In this document: positions 18,688-27,984 of the stretch, piece by piece | How positions within the stretch are numbered: the first letter of the stretch is position 1 | Layout of the letters: each line of letters starts with the position of its first letter | Source of the DNA: Holosporaceae bacterium | GTDB lineage: Bacteria > Pseudomonadota > Alphaproteobacteria > UBA3830 | Direction of reading: 5' to 3' | DNA: 64,000 nucleotides | NCBI GenBank assembly: GCA_031274295.1 | Contig: JAISQI010000040.1 | Location: forward strand, 1,190 to 65,189 | The notes under the pieces: generated by a model | Databases searched by the model: none | Seen by the model: the letters and a program-made list of their open reading frames with translations, nothing else | Told to the model about the DNA's origin: nothing | Translations under genes and position numbers: made by a program

Positions 18688-19883
18688 TATTTTCCTCCTT
18701 CGTGGCCATGTAACTTTATAGGCTTATATTCTTGGGTGATAATATCTTCTTTTAGCCCTAAAAACGTGATCTCCTCTATATTTTTTTTCAAAAAATACTC
18801 CTTTAACATTGGTTTTGTGATATTTCTACCTCCCAAACCAGCCACAACAGAAAATACCTCAATATCGGTCTGTTTAAATGCCAATTCAATTTCTTGGAAC
18901 AAAATACCACCTATTCCAACGGCAAATGCTTTCTCAAGAACTATAATTCTTTTGGTATTTTTTAAAGAATTCACTATGGCATCAGTGGGAAATGGTCTGT
19001 AACTGATAATCGAAAGAAGTCCGATTTTTTCTCCAATAGAATTTAGCTCATCTATTAAATCTTTTATAGTTCCGGCCACAGATCCCATGGTTATGACGAC
19101 AGTTTCAGCATTTTTAATATTATATTCCCGCACAAGTCCGCCCGAATCTCTTTTGAATTTTTGTTTAAATGCGTCTCCAATGCCTTCGATTATTTTAAGA
19201 GATTCGATTCGTCTTTTGTGGGCTAGATAACGAACTTCCATGAAATATTCCGGCGACACCATAGTTCCAATCGCAATTGGACTGTCAATGCTCAAGCTTA
19301 TATGAGGACTATAGGGTGGAAGAAATTCATCGACTTCTTTTTGGGAAGGAATATCAACTTGATCATAGGCATGTGTCAAAATAAATCCGTCGACACAAAC
19401 CATAACTGGGCATTTTATTGTCTCCGCAATTTTGAACGCCTGTATATGAAGATCTAACGCTTCCTGATTGGTCTCAGCAAATAACATGATCCAACCAGAA
19501 TCCCTCGCCGACATAGCGTCCGAGTGATCGTTCCATATATTAATTGGAGCTCCTACGGCTCTATTACCCAAGGTCATAACAATTGGCAACTCAAGACCAG
19601 AAACGTTATAAACGGCCTCCAGCATGTAAAGTAATCCTTGACTGGACGTGGCAGTATAGCTACGAACTCCTGTAGCTTGTGACCCAATGGCAACACTCAG
19701 AGCAGCCATTTCTGATTCTACATTTATAAATTCGCAGTTTAATAATTCATTGCTCCTTACAAGCTCGCCTATTCCTTCAACTATATGGGTTTGAGGAGTA
19801 ATAGGATAGGCACAAATAACTCCAGGCCGACACAACGCAACGGCCTTAGCAATCGACTGAGATCCTTCCAATTGATAAAGCAT
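18687..19883 (-). CDS. porA: 2-oxoacid (pyruvate-type):ferredoxin oxidoreductase alpha subunit
   Basis: 398 aa: GSQSIAKAVALCRPGVICAYPITPQTHIVE, SEMAALSVAIGSQATGVRSYTATSSQGL. AGGAGG Shine-Dalgarno just upstream. The size fits a stand-alone alpha without a fused gamma domain. Confidence 0.85.
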   Translation of the reverse strand: MLYQLEGSQSIAKAVALCRPGVICAYPITPQTHIVEGIGELVRSNELLNCEFINVESEMAALSVAIGSQATGVRSYTATSSQGLLYMLEAVYNVSGLELPIVMTLGNRAVGAPINIWNDHSDAMSARDSGWIMLFAETNQEALDLHIQAFKIAETIKCPVMVCVDGFILTHAYDQVDIPSQKEVDEFLPPYSPHISLSIDSPIAIGTMVSPEYFMEVRYLAHKRRIESLKIIEGIGDAFKQKFKRDSGGLVREYNIKNAETVVITMGSVAGTIKDLIDELNSIGEKIGLLSIISYRPFPTDAIVNSLKNTKRIIVLEKAFAVGIGGILFQEIELAFKQTDIEVFSVVAGLGGRNITKPMLKEYFLKKNIEEITFLGLKEDIITQEYKPIKLHGHEGGK

Positions 19884-19968
19884 TTTTCCTCCTATGATTT
19901 TTTGAACATTAAATTAAGGCGAATACCTGAAATTACATTGAATTTCATCAGACTGTCAATCTATTCCC

Positions 19969-20009
19969 CGGTATCTTTGCATGAAACTATTTATTAATGC
20001 AAGATACCG
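19969..20009. promoter_or_regulatory. 13/14-bp inverted repeat in the divergent por / acidic-protein spacer (candidate operator or hairpin)
   Basis: CGGTATCTTTGCAT-N14-ATGCAAGATACCG, 86-126 nt upstream of the porA start codon. Confidence 0.3.
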
Positions 20010-20185
20010 TCTTCCTGTTTATCCTAAAATAGATCGCGCCGCAACAATGGATTTGTTGCAATTTGTATCAATTTAGCGAAATCAATGAAAATTTCGAAGA
20101 GAGCAGATAAAAATACGTCGCCGGGGGAAATTTAACTAAAATTCAATGTTTTCATGAGACAATTTCATTAGTAGTTGGATGAATT

Positions 20186-22186
20186 ATGAGACTATTGTGC
20201 ATTTACATACTGCCCTTACTGTGCTGTTTTATCGAAACCTGCGGAAAAATTTTCGCGGAGGATGCGGTTAGTATAGTTAATATTGAACCTTTAAAGCCCC
20301 CCCTAGAGTCAAGTACGAAAAGCGATCCATCCAATGCCAATATAGAAAAAGAAAAGACCACGGAAAATAAATCAGATTCTGAAAAATCGCAAAATGCTTT
20401 GGAATCAACCTCAAAAGATGAAAAATCAAACTCAACCGCAGAAAAAGAAAAGATCGCTGGTGCTTCAACCTCTGAAACATCGCAAAATGTCACACAACCC
20501 CCTCAGAAAGATAAATTAATTGATTTTAGCATAACAGGATTAGAAAAATTTTCATTTCTCATGGAAACGCTGAATCCTATGTTGATTTTCAACATTGAAA
20601 TAGGAGAACTTTTCGAAGAAGAAGAAATTGAGGAGGAGGAAGAAGAAGAAGAAGAAGAAGAAGAAATCGAGGAAGAAAATTCTGATCAGCAAGATTCGCA
20701 TGATGAAGATGAAGAAAAAGAGGAAGAAGACTCTAATCAGCAGAGTCTATATGATGAAGAAGATGGAGAGGAAATTCCGGAAAACCAAATGGATCTCCTA
20801 GAAGAAACTGATGGTCTGGATGATCCAGATGACGTAGATGATAATTATGATCGGGATGGTGATCGAGACGATCAAGGCTACGAAGACGATGATAATGACT
20901 ATAGAGATCGAGACGATCGAGGCTACGAAGATGATGACGCCTACGATCAAGATGACAATTATGATCGGGACGATCGAGAAGACTATCGAAATAATGGCTA
21001 TGACGATCAGGATAATCAAGACTCCGGAGATGAAGAAAGAGACGACAGAGCATCCTCCAGAGATCCTCAAAACCGCCGTTCGAATAAAAAAGGAACAGAT
21101 GAAATAGAAGGCAATCGTCTGGTAGTAGAAGAAACAATAGACTATCTCAAAACTCTCGGAGTTATCGATGAATCTAAATTAGACGGTCTGGTTTTTGGCG
21201 ATACAATGCACGGAATCTGCCTGTTGTGCCGGAAGGTTGGTCTTGTACATAAGATAGGCGGACAATTCCAATATGGAATATGCACCAATTGCATGCAACA
21301 AAAAACATATCAATTGGAAAAAGGAGATACATCGGGAGAATCTCGTGGCCAGTTTAGCGGCAATAATGTCTCACTTGATGAATATAACAGTCCGAGAAAT
21401 GATAGCAGAAAAGAACATGCTGGAAGAGAACGCAATTTGAGATCCGACGATGACGGCGGCAATGGCTATTACGAAAGAGGATCTCCAAGAAACCGAAGGG
21501 ACGAAAACCAAGGAGAGAACGGATTGCTGGGCATGTTAACGAGCGGTGCAGGTGAAGCCATAAAGGGGTTATTCAATAAAGAAGATACTGGGGCAACAAT
21601 TTCCATGGCTCCGGCTCCTGTTCCAATAGCGGTGGCGCCTGTGGCAAATGCTGTTCCTGCGGTTCAACCAGTCGCTCAGGCCCCTCAGTACACTCAGGCT
21701 ATACAGACAGTTCCAACTGCCCCATTAACAAAAACGGATAATATCATGAATAAAGTAGGGCAAGGCGTAGACATTGCATCTAAAGTAGCAAATTTGGGAA
21801 CTTCCATTGCTAGCGCAATTCCACCAGGTCTGTTAAATAAAACTCCAACGGCGCCGACAACCAATGCGGTAGCTGGAAATCCAATCACCACAACGACGCC
21901 ATCTCCTACTCTGGGCGGAAATCCGATCGCTGCGGTAGCAAATACAGCGACATCCAGCGTATCAGATAAAACTGCACAGGCCCAAAGCAACGCGGCTGGT
22001 ATAAAAATAAAACTAGATTTAGCGATGAAGGAATTAGAAGGACAAAAACAAAAGATTAGTAGTGGGGGGTTAACAGGTAAGACTTTAAAGAAAGCACAAT
22101 TAGAAATGGAAAAAACACAAAATGAGGTAAATTCGCTTCAAACTGAATATAACCAAGCGATGGAAGAAGTTAATAAGCAGCAATAA
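20186..22186 (+). CDS. secreted hyper-acidic repeat protein with CxxC...CxxC knuckle, Ala/Pro/Thr-rich region and C-terminal coiled coil (orphan)
   Basis: Signal-like MRLLCIYILPLLCCFIETCG. Glu run and DRDD(Q/R)GYEDDD repeats. CLLC...CTNC at 21218-21292. APAPVPIAVAPVANAVPAVQPVAQAP. Heptad-like KKAQLEMEKTQNEVNSLQTEYNQAMEEV. Confidence 0.6.
   Translation: MRLLCIYILPLLCCFIETCGKIFAEDAVSIVNIEPLKPPLESSTKSDPSNANIEKEKTTENKSDSEKSQNALESTSKDEKSNSTAEKEKIAGASTSETSQNVTQPPQKDKLIDFSITGLEKFSFLMETLNPMLIFNIEIGELFEEEEIEEEEEEEEEEEEIEEENSDQQDSHDEDEEKEEEDSNQQSLYDEEDGEEIPENQMDLLEETDGLDDPDDVDDNYDRDGDRDDQGYEDDDNDYRDRDDRGYEDDDAYDQDDNYDRDDREDYRNNGYDDQDNQDSGDEERDDRASSRDPQNRRSNKKGTDEIEGNRLVVEETIDYLKTLGVIDESKLDGLVFGDTMHGICLLCRKVGLVHKIGGQFQYGICTNCMQQKTYQLEKGDTSGESRGQFSGNNVSLDEYNSPRNDSRKEHAGRERNLRSDDDGGNGYYERGSPRNRRDENQGENGLLGMLTSGAGEAIKGLFNKEDTGATISMAPAPVPIAVAPVANAVPAVQPVAQAPQYTQAIQTVPTAPLTKTDNIMNKVGQGVDIASKVANLGTSIASAIPPGLLNKTPTAPTTNAVAGNPITTTTPSPTLGGNPIAAVANTATSSVSDKTAQAQSNAAGIKIKLDLAMKELEGQKQKISSGGLTGKTLKKAQLEMEKTQNEVNSLQTEYNQAMEEVNKQQ
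20630..20665 (+). repeat. trinucleotide repeat (GAG)3(GAA)9 encoding 12 consecutive Glu
   Basis: Counted directly: GAG x3 at 20630-20638 and GAA x9 at 20639-20665, in frame within the 20186-22186 ORF. Confidence 0.95.
20861..20950 (+). repeat. imperfect 45-bp tandem duplication (15-aa unit DRDD[Q/R]GYEDDD...)
   Basis: GATCGAGACGATC[A/G]AGGCTACGAAGA[C/T]GATGA begins at 20861 and again at 20906. Weaker related copies flank it. Confidence 0.8.
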
Positions 22187-22560
22187 ATTTATTGGCTAAA
22201 ATTTTACCTACATAGAGTAATGATCGATATCAGAAAAATTAAGAGAATTTTAGTATATTTTTATTTTAAATATTATTTCCCCAAACTTTATGCGGGGATA
22301 TCAGGTTTACATAGTTTGAATGATGTATTATACTAAATCAGCCGTTGAGAGGCTTTGTGTTGAATGTTTTTGTTTGCGCAAATTTGCAAGTATTAGGTGA
22401 AGCATATTGAGGCTAATGATGTTGTTTTCCAAAGGTGGATTTTTTGTCGTCTCGATTGATTTCTGGGCATATTTTATTTCTGCTGTAACTGTAGTTCTTA
22501 TTGAAAGGCTATGTTTTTTTAAGTTCTCATCTGGCTTCACCAAAAATTACGGAGTTCAAA

Positions 22561-24561
22561 ATGCCGAAAAATATGCTGATAGATTCAGCTCATTGGGAAG
22601 AAATTAGAGTTGCAGTTGTTGATGGAGAAAAATTAGATAAATTTGATTTTGAAATTCCTTCAAAAGCTCATATTAAAAGCAATGTATATCTAGCTAAAAT
22701 AGTCAGGGTCGAGCCGGCTTTGCAGGCTGCATTTGTTGATTACGGAAACGATAGGCACGGGTTTTTAAGTTTTAGCGAAATACATCACGACTATTTCCAA
22801 ATCCCAATTGGAGATCGTCAGGATTTTGATAATCATATTCAGAATGCGATTTCTTCGCTTCTTGCTGAAAGTGGAGAATCCATAGAGGAGTTAGATCCCA
22901 AGGAAGTCGCTAAACTTAGATATCAATTTTATCGACGATATAAAATTCAAGAAGTTATTAAAAAAAGACAGATAGTACTTGTTCAAGTAACCAAGGAAGA
23001 GAGAGGAAATAAAGGCGCAGCTTTAACGACATACATCGCCTTAGCGGGAAGATATTGTGTACTCATGCCGAATACGCCGAGAGGCAGCGGTGTGTCCAGA
23101 AAAATAATTAATCCTTCTGATCGGTCAAAATTAAAAAAGATAGTTGCCGATCTTCCCATAGAAAACGGAAGCACCGTCATTCGTACGGCCGGAGTTGGTC
23201 ATTCGAAGGCTGAAATTATAAAAGATTTTAGCTATTTGAAAAAAACATGGGATGAAATAAGAGAAACCACCGTCAAATCAACGGCGCCATGTTTAATTCA
23301 CGAAGAAGCTAACATAATTAAGCGTGCTATCAGAGATTTATACTCGCGGGATGTGGAATCAATTCTTGTCGAAGGAGAAAACGGATATAAAATCGCTAAA
23401 TCTTTCATAAAAAAACTCATGCCAAGCCATTCGAAAAAAGTGAAATTATATGAAGATAAAAAACTGCCTTTGTTCAACAAATTTAAAATCAACGATCAAA
23501 TAAATCAGATTTATTCCACAAGGGTGAATCTTCCTTCCGGAGGATACTTGATTATAAATACGACGGAAGCTTTAATTTCCATCGACGTAAATTCAGGAAA
23601 ATCAACTCGTGAAAGAAATATTGCGGAAACTGCTCTAAAGACAAATCTGGAAGCCGCTAATGAAATAGCAAGACAATGTCGCTTGAGGGATCTTGCCGGA
23701 TTAATAGTAGTAGATTTCATCGATATGACAGAAAAACGCGATAATGCTCAAGTCGAAAGATGTCTGCGCGACGCTTTGCGCGAAGATAAAGCAAAGATTC
23801 AAGTCGGATCCATCAGCAACTTCGGTCTACTAGAATTTTCTAGGCAGCGTTTGCGCTCCAGTATTGCTGACGCCAATACGACGATTTGTTCCCATTGTAA
23901 TGGCAGTGGTTTTATTTGGTCGAGTGAATCTACAGCCATTCAAATTTTAAGAAAAATAGATGAAACTTTGGCTATTATGAACGCTTCGGAACTTGAGGTT
24001 ACTTTATCCGCGGATGTGGCATTGTATCTTATGAATAATAAACGGTCATTTATTTCCAACATGGAGGAAAGGACAAATTCAAAAATAATCTTTAAGATAG
24101 ATAATACAATTCTCGCATCTGATTTTAAGATAGAGCAGACAATGCAACAGATTACTAAAGAGAAAAGTGACCCGCCAATTATTGAACAGCAAGCTCTGAT
24201 CCATCAAGAGGAAGATAGAGAACCAAAAGAAACATCCTCGCCAGTGAACGATAAAGCGGCAGGGGCCTTCAAAAATAACAGAAGACGTCACTTTCGTAGA
24301 AAAAACAATAAAGAAAGAATGGCCTCTAAGGCGGTTAATGATAAAACAACAACAGATGGTACCGCAGTCCATTTACCAACCGAAGAAGAGATTTTACTTT
24401 CCCAAGAATCTGTTGTTACACACATAAATAAATTGGCCGAATCCTATAAAGAGCAGGAGATAATGTTTAATTTACAATCTCCGGAAGAGCAAATTGTAAG
24501 GCAAGACAAAAAAAGAAAAGGAAAAAATGGATTGTGGCAAAAACTTCTTAAGAAGCTATAG
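22561..24561 (+). CDS. rne: ribonuclease E/G family endoribonuclease
   Basis: MLIDSAHWEEIRVAVVDG, S1 domain NVYLAKIVRVEPALQAAFVDYG, DVNSGKSTRE, LRDLAGLIVVDFIDM, Zn-link CSHCNGSG, basic low-complexity tail. ATG 22561 is preferred over the upstream TTG at 22501. Confidence 0.85.
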   Translation: MPKNMLIDSAHWEEIRVAVVDGEKLDKFDFEIPSKAHIKSNVYLAKIVRVEPALQAAFVDYGNDRHGFLSFSEIHHDYFQIPIGDRQDFDNHIQNAISSLLAESGESIEELDPKEVAKLRYQFYRRYKIQEVIKKRQIVLVQVTKEERGNKGAALTTYIALAGRYCVLMPNTPRGSGVSRKIINPSDRSKLKKIVADLPIENGSTVIRTAGVGHSKAEIIKDFSYLKKTWDEIRETTVKSTAPCLIHEEANIIKRAIRDLYSRDVESILVEGENGYKIAKSFIKKLMPSHSKKVKLYEDKKLPLFNKFKINDQINQIYSTRVNLPSGGYLIINTTEALISIDVNSGKSTRERNIAETALKTNLEAANEIARQCRLRDLAGLIVVDFIDMTEKRDNAQVERCLRDALREDKAKIQVGSISNFGLLEFSRQRLRSSIADANTTICSHCNGSGFIWSSESTAIQILRKIDETLAIMNASELEVTLSADVALYLMNNKRSFISNMEERTNSKIIFKIDNTILASDFKIEQTMQQITKEKSDPPIIEQQALIHQEEDREPKETSSPVNDKAAGAFKNNRRRHFRRKNNKERMASKAVNDKTTTDGTAVHLPTEEEILLSQESVVTHINKLAESYKEQEIMFNLQSPEEQIVRQDKKRKGKNGLWQKLLKKL

Positions 24562-24579
24562 AATGAAAGAGTTCAATAA

Positions 24580-25923
24580 GTGACTAAGGTCCGATTTGCT
24601 CCATCTCCAACTGGCTTATTACACGTTGGAAACATAAGGATTGCCATTCTGAATTATCTTTTCGCACGCAAAAATGAGGGAAAGTTTATTCTGCGAATAG
24701 ATGATACAGATCTGGAAAGATCCACCAAGGAATCCGAAGATTCCATTTTAGAGGATCTAAAATGGATGGGAATTCAATGGGATGAATTTTATCGGCAGTC
24801 GGCGAATTTTGAAAAATACGTGAACGCCGCCGAGCATCTAAAAAGTATTGGTCGCATTTATCCTTGCTACGAAACGAAGGAAGAACTTTCACTCAAGAGA
24901 AAAATACAAATGTCCGGCGGAATTCCTCCGGTCTACGATAGGGAATCATTGAATCTCTCGCAAAAAATGCGGGAGGAAAAGGAATCCCGTGGAATTGTTC
25001 CCCACTGGCGATTTAAATTGGATGATGATCAGGTTATGGAATGGAATGATTTGGTTCACGGCAAAATTTCCATTCCCCTTGGCAGCATCAGCGACCCGAT
25101 TTTAATCAAGCCGGACGGCTCCTTCGTTTATACATTTGCATCCGCCGTAGATGACATTAACATGGGAATAACCCATATTATTCGCGGAGATGACCATATC
25201 ACCAATACGGCCGCCCAGATAAATATTTTCAAGGCCTTAGCCGGAGAATTGCCGCAGTTTGCGCATGTTCCTCTCATGTCATCGTTCGACGGACAGGACG
25301 TTTCCAAGAGGTCCGGAGGATCATCCCTGAGCATCCTCAACATGAGAGAAAACGGCATTGATCCCTGGTCGATTTGGTGTATCTTGGCGACTCTCGGCAC
25401 ATCGCACAATGCTAATCACTTGAATAATCTAGAAAAATTAATAGAGGAATTTTCCTTTGAAAAAATGAGTCTGTCATCTCCTAAATTTAATTTGGAGGAA
25501 GTGAAACTGCTGACTAAAAAAATAATTTCCGAAAAATCCTTTGATGATGTGAAAAACGATTTGCAAAAATTGAATATATCAAACAGTTCCAAAGAATTTT
25601 GGAATGCGATTCGGGGAAATTTGCATTTTGTCGGGGATGCGGTTTTGTGGCATGACATTTTATTCAATAAAATCAATGTCATAAAAGAAGATGAAGATTT
25701 TGTTAATCAAATGTTGGAAACTTTAAAAGATCCTCTCGATTTTGATCAGTGGATAAGAGATCTGAAAAAAATTTCCGGAAGAAAAGGTCGAGAGCTATTT
25801 CATCCGATCCGTATTGTTCTTACAGGAACAAATGACGGTCCGGAATTGCCTAAAATAGCGCATCTTATGGGATACGATCGTATAAAATCGAGAATAATAG
25901 ATAATTTGAATTGCAAACTATGA
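24580..25923 (+). CDS. gltX: glutamate--tRNA ligase (short alphaproteobacterial GltX type)
   Basis: RFAPSPTGLLHVGNIR (HIGH-like), RIDDTD, IIRGDDHITNT, KRSG (KMSKS-like). GTG start. Confidence 0.9.
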   Translation: MTKVRFAPSPTGLLHVGNIRIAILNYLFARKNEGKFILRIDDTDLERSTKESEDSILEDLKWMGIQWDEFYRQSANFEKYVNAAEHLKSIGRIYPCYETKEELSLKRKIQMSGGIPPVYDRESLNLSQKMREEKESRGIVPHWRFKLDDDQVMEWNDLVHGKISIPLGSISDPILIKPDGSFVYTFASAVDDINMGITHIIRGDDHITNTAAQINIFKALAGELPQFAHVPLMSSFDGQDVSKRSGGSSLSILNMRENGIDPWSIWCILATLGTSHNANHLNNLEKLIEEFSFEKMSLSSPKFNLEEVKLLTKKIISEKSFDDVKNDLQKLNISNSSKEFWNAIRGNLHFVGDAVLWHDILFNKINVIKEDEDFVNQMLETLKDPLDFDQWIRDLKKISGRKGRELFHPIRIVLTGTNDGPELPKIAHLMGYDRIKSRIIDNLNCKL

Positions 25924-27287
25924 AAAAACTACAATTGTACAACTCTCTTTCCAATTCTCTGGAAGATTTTGTTCCCATAGACGGCAATAATGTTCGCATT
26001 TATGTCTGCGGACCGACAGTTTATTCCAGTCCGCATGTGGGAAACGCGCGTCCCCTGGTGGTTTTCGACGTTCTATTTCGCCTGTTGAAAAATCTGTATC
26101 CCCGTGTCACATATGTGAGGAACATAACAGACGTTGACGATAAAATTAACGCTCGAGCCCGAGAAAGAAACATCTCCATACGGCAACTAACCGACGAAGT
26201 AATAGAGGAGTTTCATAAAAATACGGCGCGAATCGGAGTACTTCCGGTAACCCATGAACCAAGAGCTACCTTCCACATCGGAGAAATGTTGGAAATCATT
26301 CAGAAATTGATGGAAAACGGTTTCGCCTATGAAAATCAGGGGCATGTGCTGTTTCGGGTGAGAAAAATGCAGAACTATGGCATGCTTTCCAAAAGAAGTT
26401 TGGATGATATGATTGCCGGAAGTCGCGTAGAAATCGCTCCCTACAAGGAGGACCCCATGGATTTTGTCCTCTGGAAACCCTCGGAGGAAGGAACGCCGTC
26501 TTGGGATAGTCCATTTGGAAAGGGTCGCCCTGGCTGGCACATAGAGTGCTCCGCCATGAGTCGGAAATATCTCGGCAAAATCTTCGATATCCACGCCGGT
26601 GGACAGGATCTTATGTTTCCGCACCATGAAAATGAATTGTCCCAGAATTTTGGCGCCTTTGGATGCATCATGGCCAACTACTGGATTCACAATGGAATGT
26701 TACTGGTCAACGGTCAAAAAATGTCTAAATCATTGGGCAATATAATTTCGTTGGACCATATTCTGCGGCAATACGATGGAGAAATCGTTCGCTATATTCT
26801 GCTGTCCTCCCATTATCAGAAAATGCTGGACTGGACGGATAAACTCGTATTCCAATCGAAGCAATCGCTCAACAGACTGTATGGAGCATTAAAATTACGT
26901 TCCCAAAAGCCTAAAAACATCGGCGCCGACGCGGAGATAGTGGAGGCTTTGTGCGGAAATCTAAATACTCCGCTCGCCTTGCGAACGCTGCACGAAATCG
27001 CCGACAGTATTTATAAATCGACGGATCAGAACGAAATAGACGCCCTCTGCTCACGACTAAAAAGCGGAGCGGAACTGCTGGGATTGCTCACCAAAAAAAA
27101 TGAGGATTGGTTCCAGCAGAGTGGCAATGAAATTTCCACAGAAGAAATTGAACGGCTGATCGAGGAGCGCACAAAAGCTAAATCCGAAAAAAACTTCGCC
27201 CTCGCCGACGAAATTCGTCAAAAACTGCTAGAAAAAAATATTCAGATAGAAGACACCAAGAATGGAACCGTCTGGCGCGTCATGTGA
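25920..27287 (+). CDS. cysS: cysteine--tRNA ligase
   Basis: [41 protein letters not shown]-like, [12 protein letters not shown] overlap with the gltX stop. Confidence 0.9.
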   Translation: MKKLQLYNSLSNSLEDFVPIDGNNVRIYVCGPTVYSSPHVGNARPLVVFDVLFRLLKNLYPRVTYVRNITDVDDKINARARERNISIRQLTDEVIEEFHKNTARIGVLPVTHEPRATFHIGEMLEIIQKLMENGFAYENQGHVLFRVRKMQNYGMLSKRSLDDMIAGSRVEIAPYKEDPMDFVLWKPSEEGTPSWDSPFGKGRPGWHIECSAMSRKYLGKIFDIHAGGQDLMFPHHENELSQNFGAFGCIMANYWIHNGMLLVNGQKMSKSLGNIISLDHILRQYDGEIVRYILLSSHYQKMLDWTDKLVFQSKQSLNRLYGALKLRSQKPKNIGADAEIVEALCGNLNTPLALRTLHEIADSIYKSTDQNEIDALCSRLKSGAELLGLLTKKNEDWFQQSGNEISTEEIERLIEERTKAKSEKNFALADEIRQKLLEKNIQIEDTKNGTVWRVM

Positions 27288-27984
27288 GCCATTCATTATT
27301 TTGCATAAAACGCAACTGGCGGAAAATACCGGTATGGCCATGCGCGCTATGGTTAATACCGGGGTGAAAAATTTGCGATTGGTGGCTCCGCTCCACACAT
27401 GGCCCAGCGAAAAAGCTGAACTAGCCTCAGCGGAAAAATCCAGTCTTTTAAAAATAGAACTTTTCAATCGCCTTGAGGATGCAATTTCTGACCTGCATTT
27501 TGTTTTCGCCACAAGTGCACGTCCGAGAAATCTAATAAAGGAGATTTATTCTCCGGAAAACATAGCGACAAACGAAACTAATGGAAAAACGGGCATTGTC
27601 TTTGGCTCCGAAAAGGACGGCCTCACCAATGAAGAAATATCCCTTTGCGGCGGAGTCATTAGGATTCCATCGGCGGACTTTTCATCATATAATTTGTCCC
27701 AGGCTGTGTTGATCATCTGCTATCAGTTGATGTGTAGGAAATCGGAGAGTCCATTGTTAAAAGTCGGCAAGACCTGTCCGTCCACCCAAAATGAAATGGA
27801 GACTTTTTTGAAAAAATTAGAACACGAATTGTCGCTACGTCGTCACTTTTCGTCGGAAAAGAAGCAAACGCTAATGATGCAGACGATTAGGAATTTATTC
27901 AAAAGATCTCGTCCAACCGCGCAGGAAATTCGGAGCATGATGGGGGTTGTCGGCACGCTGACGAAAACAACGGAAGGTTTATGA
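27262..27984 (+). CDS. trmJ: SpoU/TrmH-family tRNA 2'-O-methyltransferase (TrmJ-like)
   Basis: Colinear with TrmJ: ENTGMAMRAMVNTGVKNLRLV, FATSARPR, IVFGSEKDGLTNEE, IPSADFSSYNLSQAV. Confidence 0.75.
   Translation: MEPSGASCEPFIILHKTQLAENTGMAMRAMVNTGVKNLRLVAPLHTWPSEKAELASAEKSSLLKIELFNRLEDAISDLHFVFATSARPRNLIKEIYSPENIATNETNGKTGIVFGSEKDGLTNEEISLCGGVIRIPSADFSSYNLSQAVLIICYQLMCRKSESPLLKVGKTCPSTQNEMETFLKKLEHELSLRRHFSSEKKQTLMMQTIRNLFKRSRPTAQEIRSMMGVVGTLTKTTEGL

Noticed and set aside
26187-26690. Long antisense ORFs inside well-supported genes: 26187-26690 in cysS, 38557-39102 in clpX, 32788-33276 in mutS, 36787-37236 in the SIMPL gene, 3252-3680 in the MATE gene, and 20733-21137 and 20798-21070 in the acidic repeat gene.
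   Set aside because: Each lies entirely opposite a CDS with strong family motifs. The translations are low-complexity or motif-free, and the repeat-region ones merely mirror the GAA/GAT repeats.
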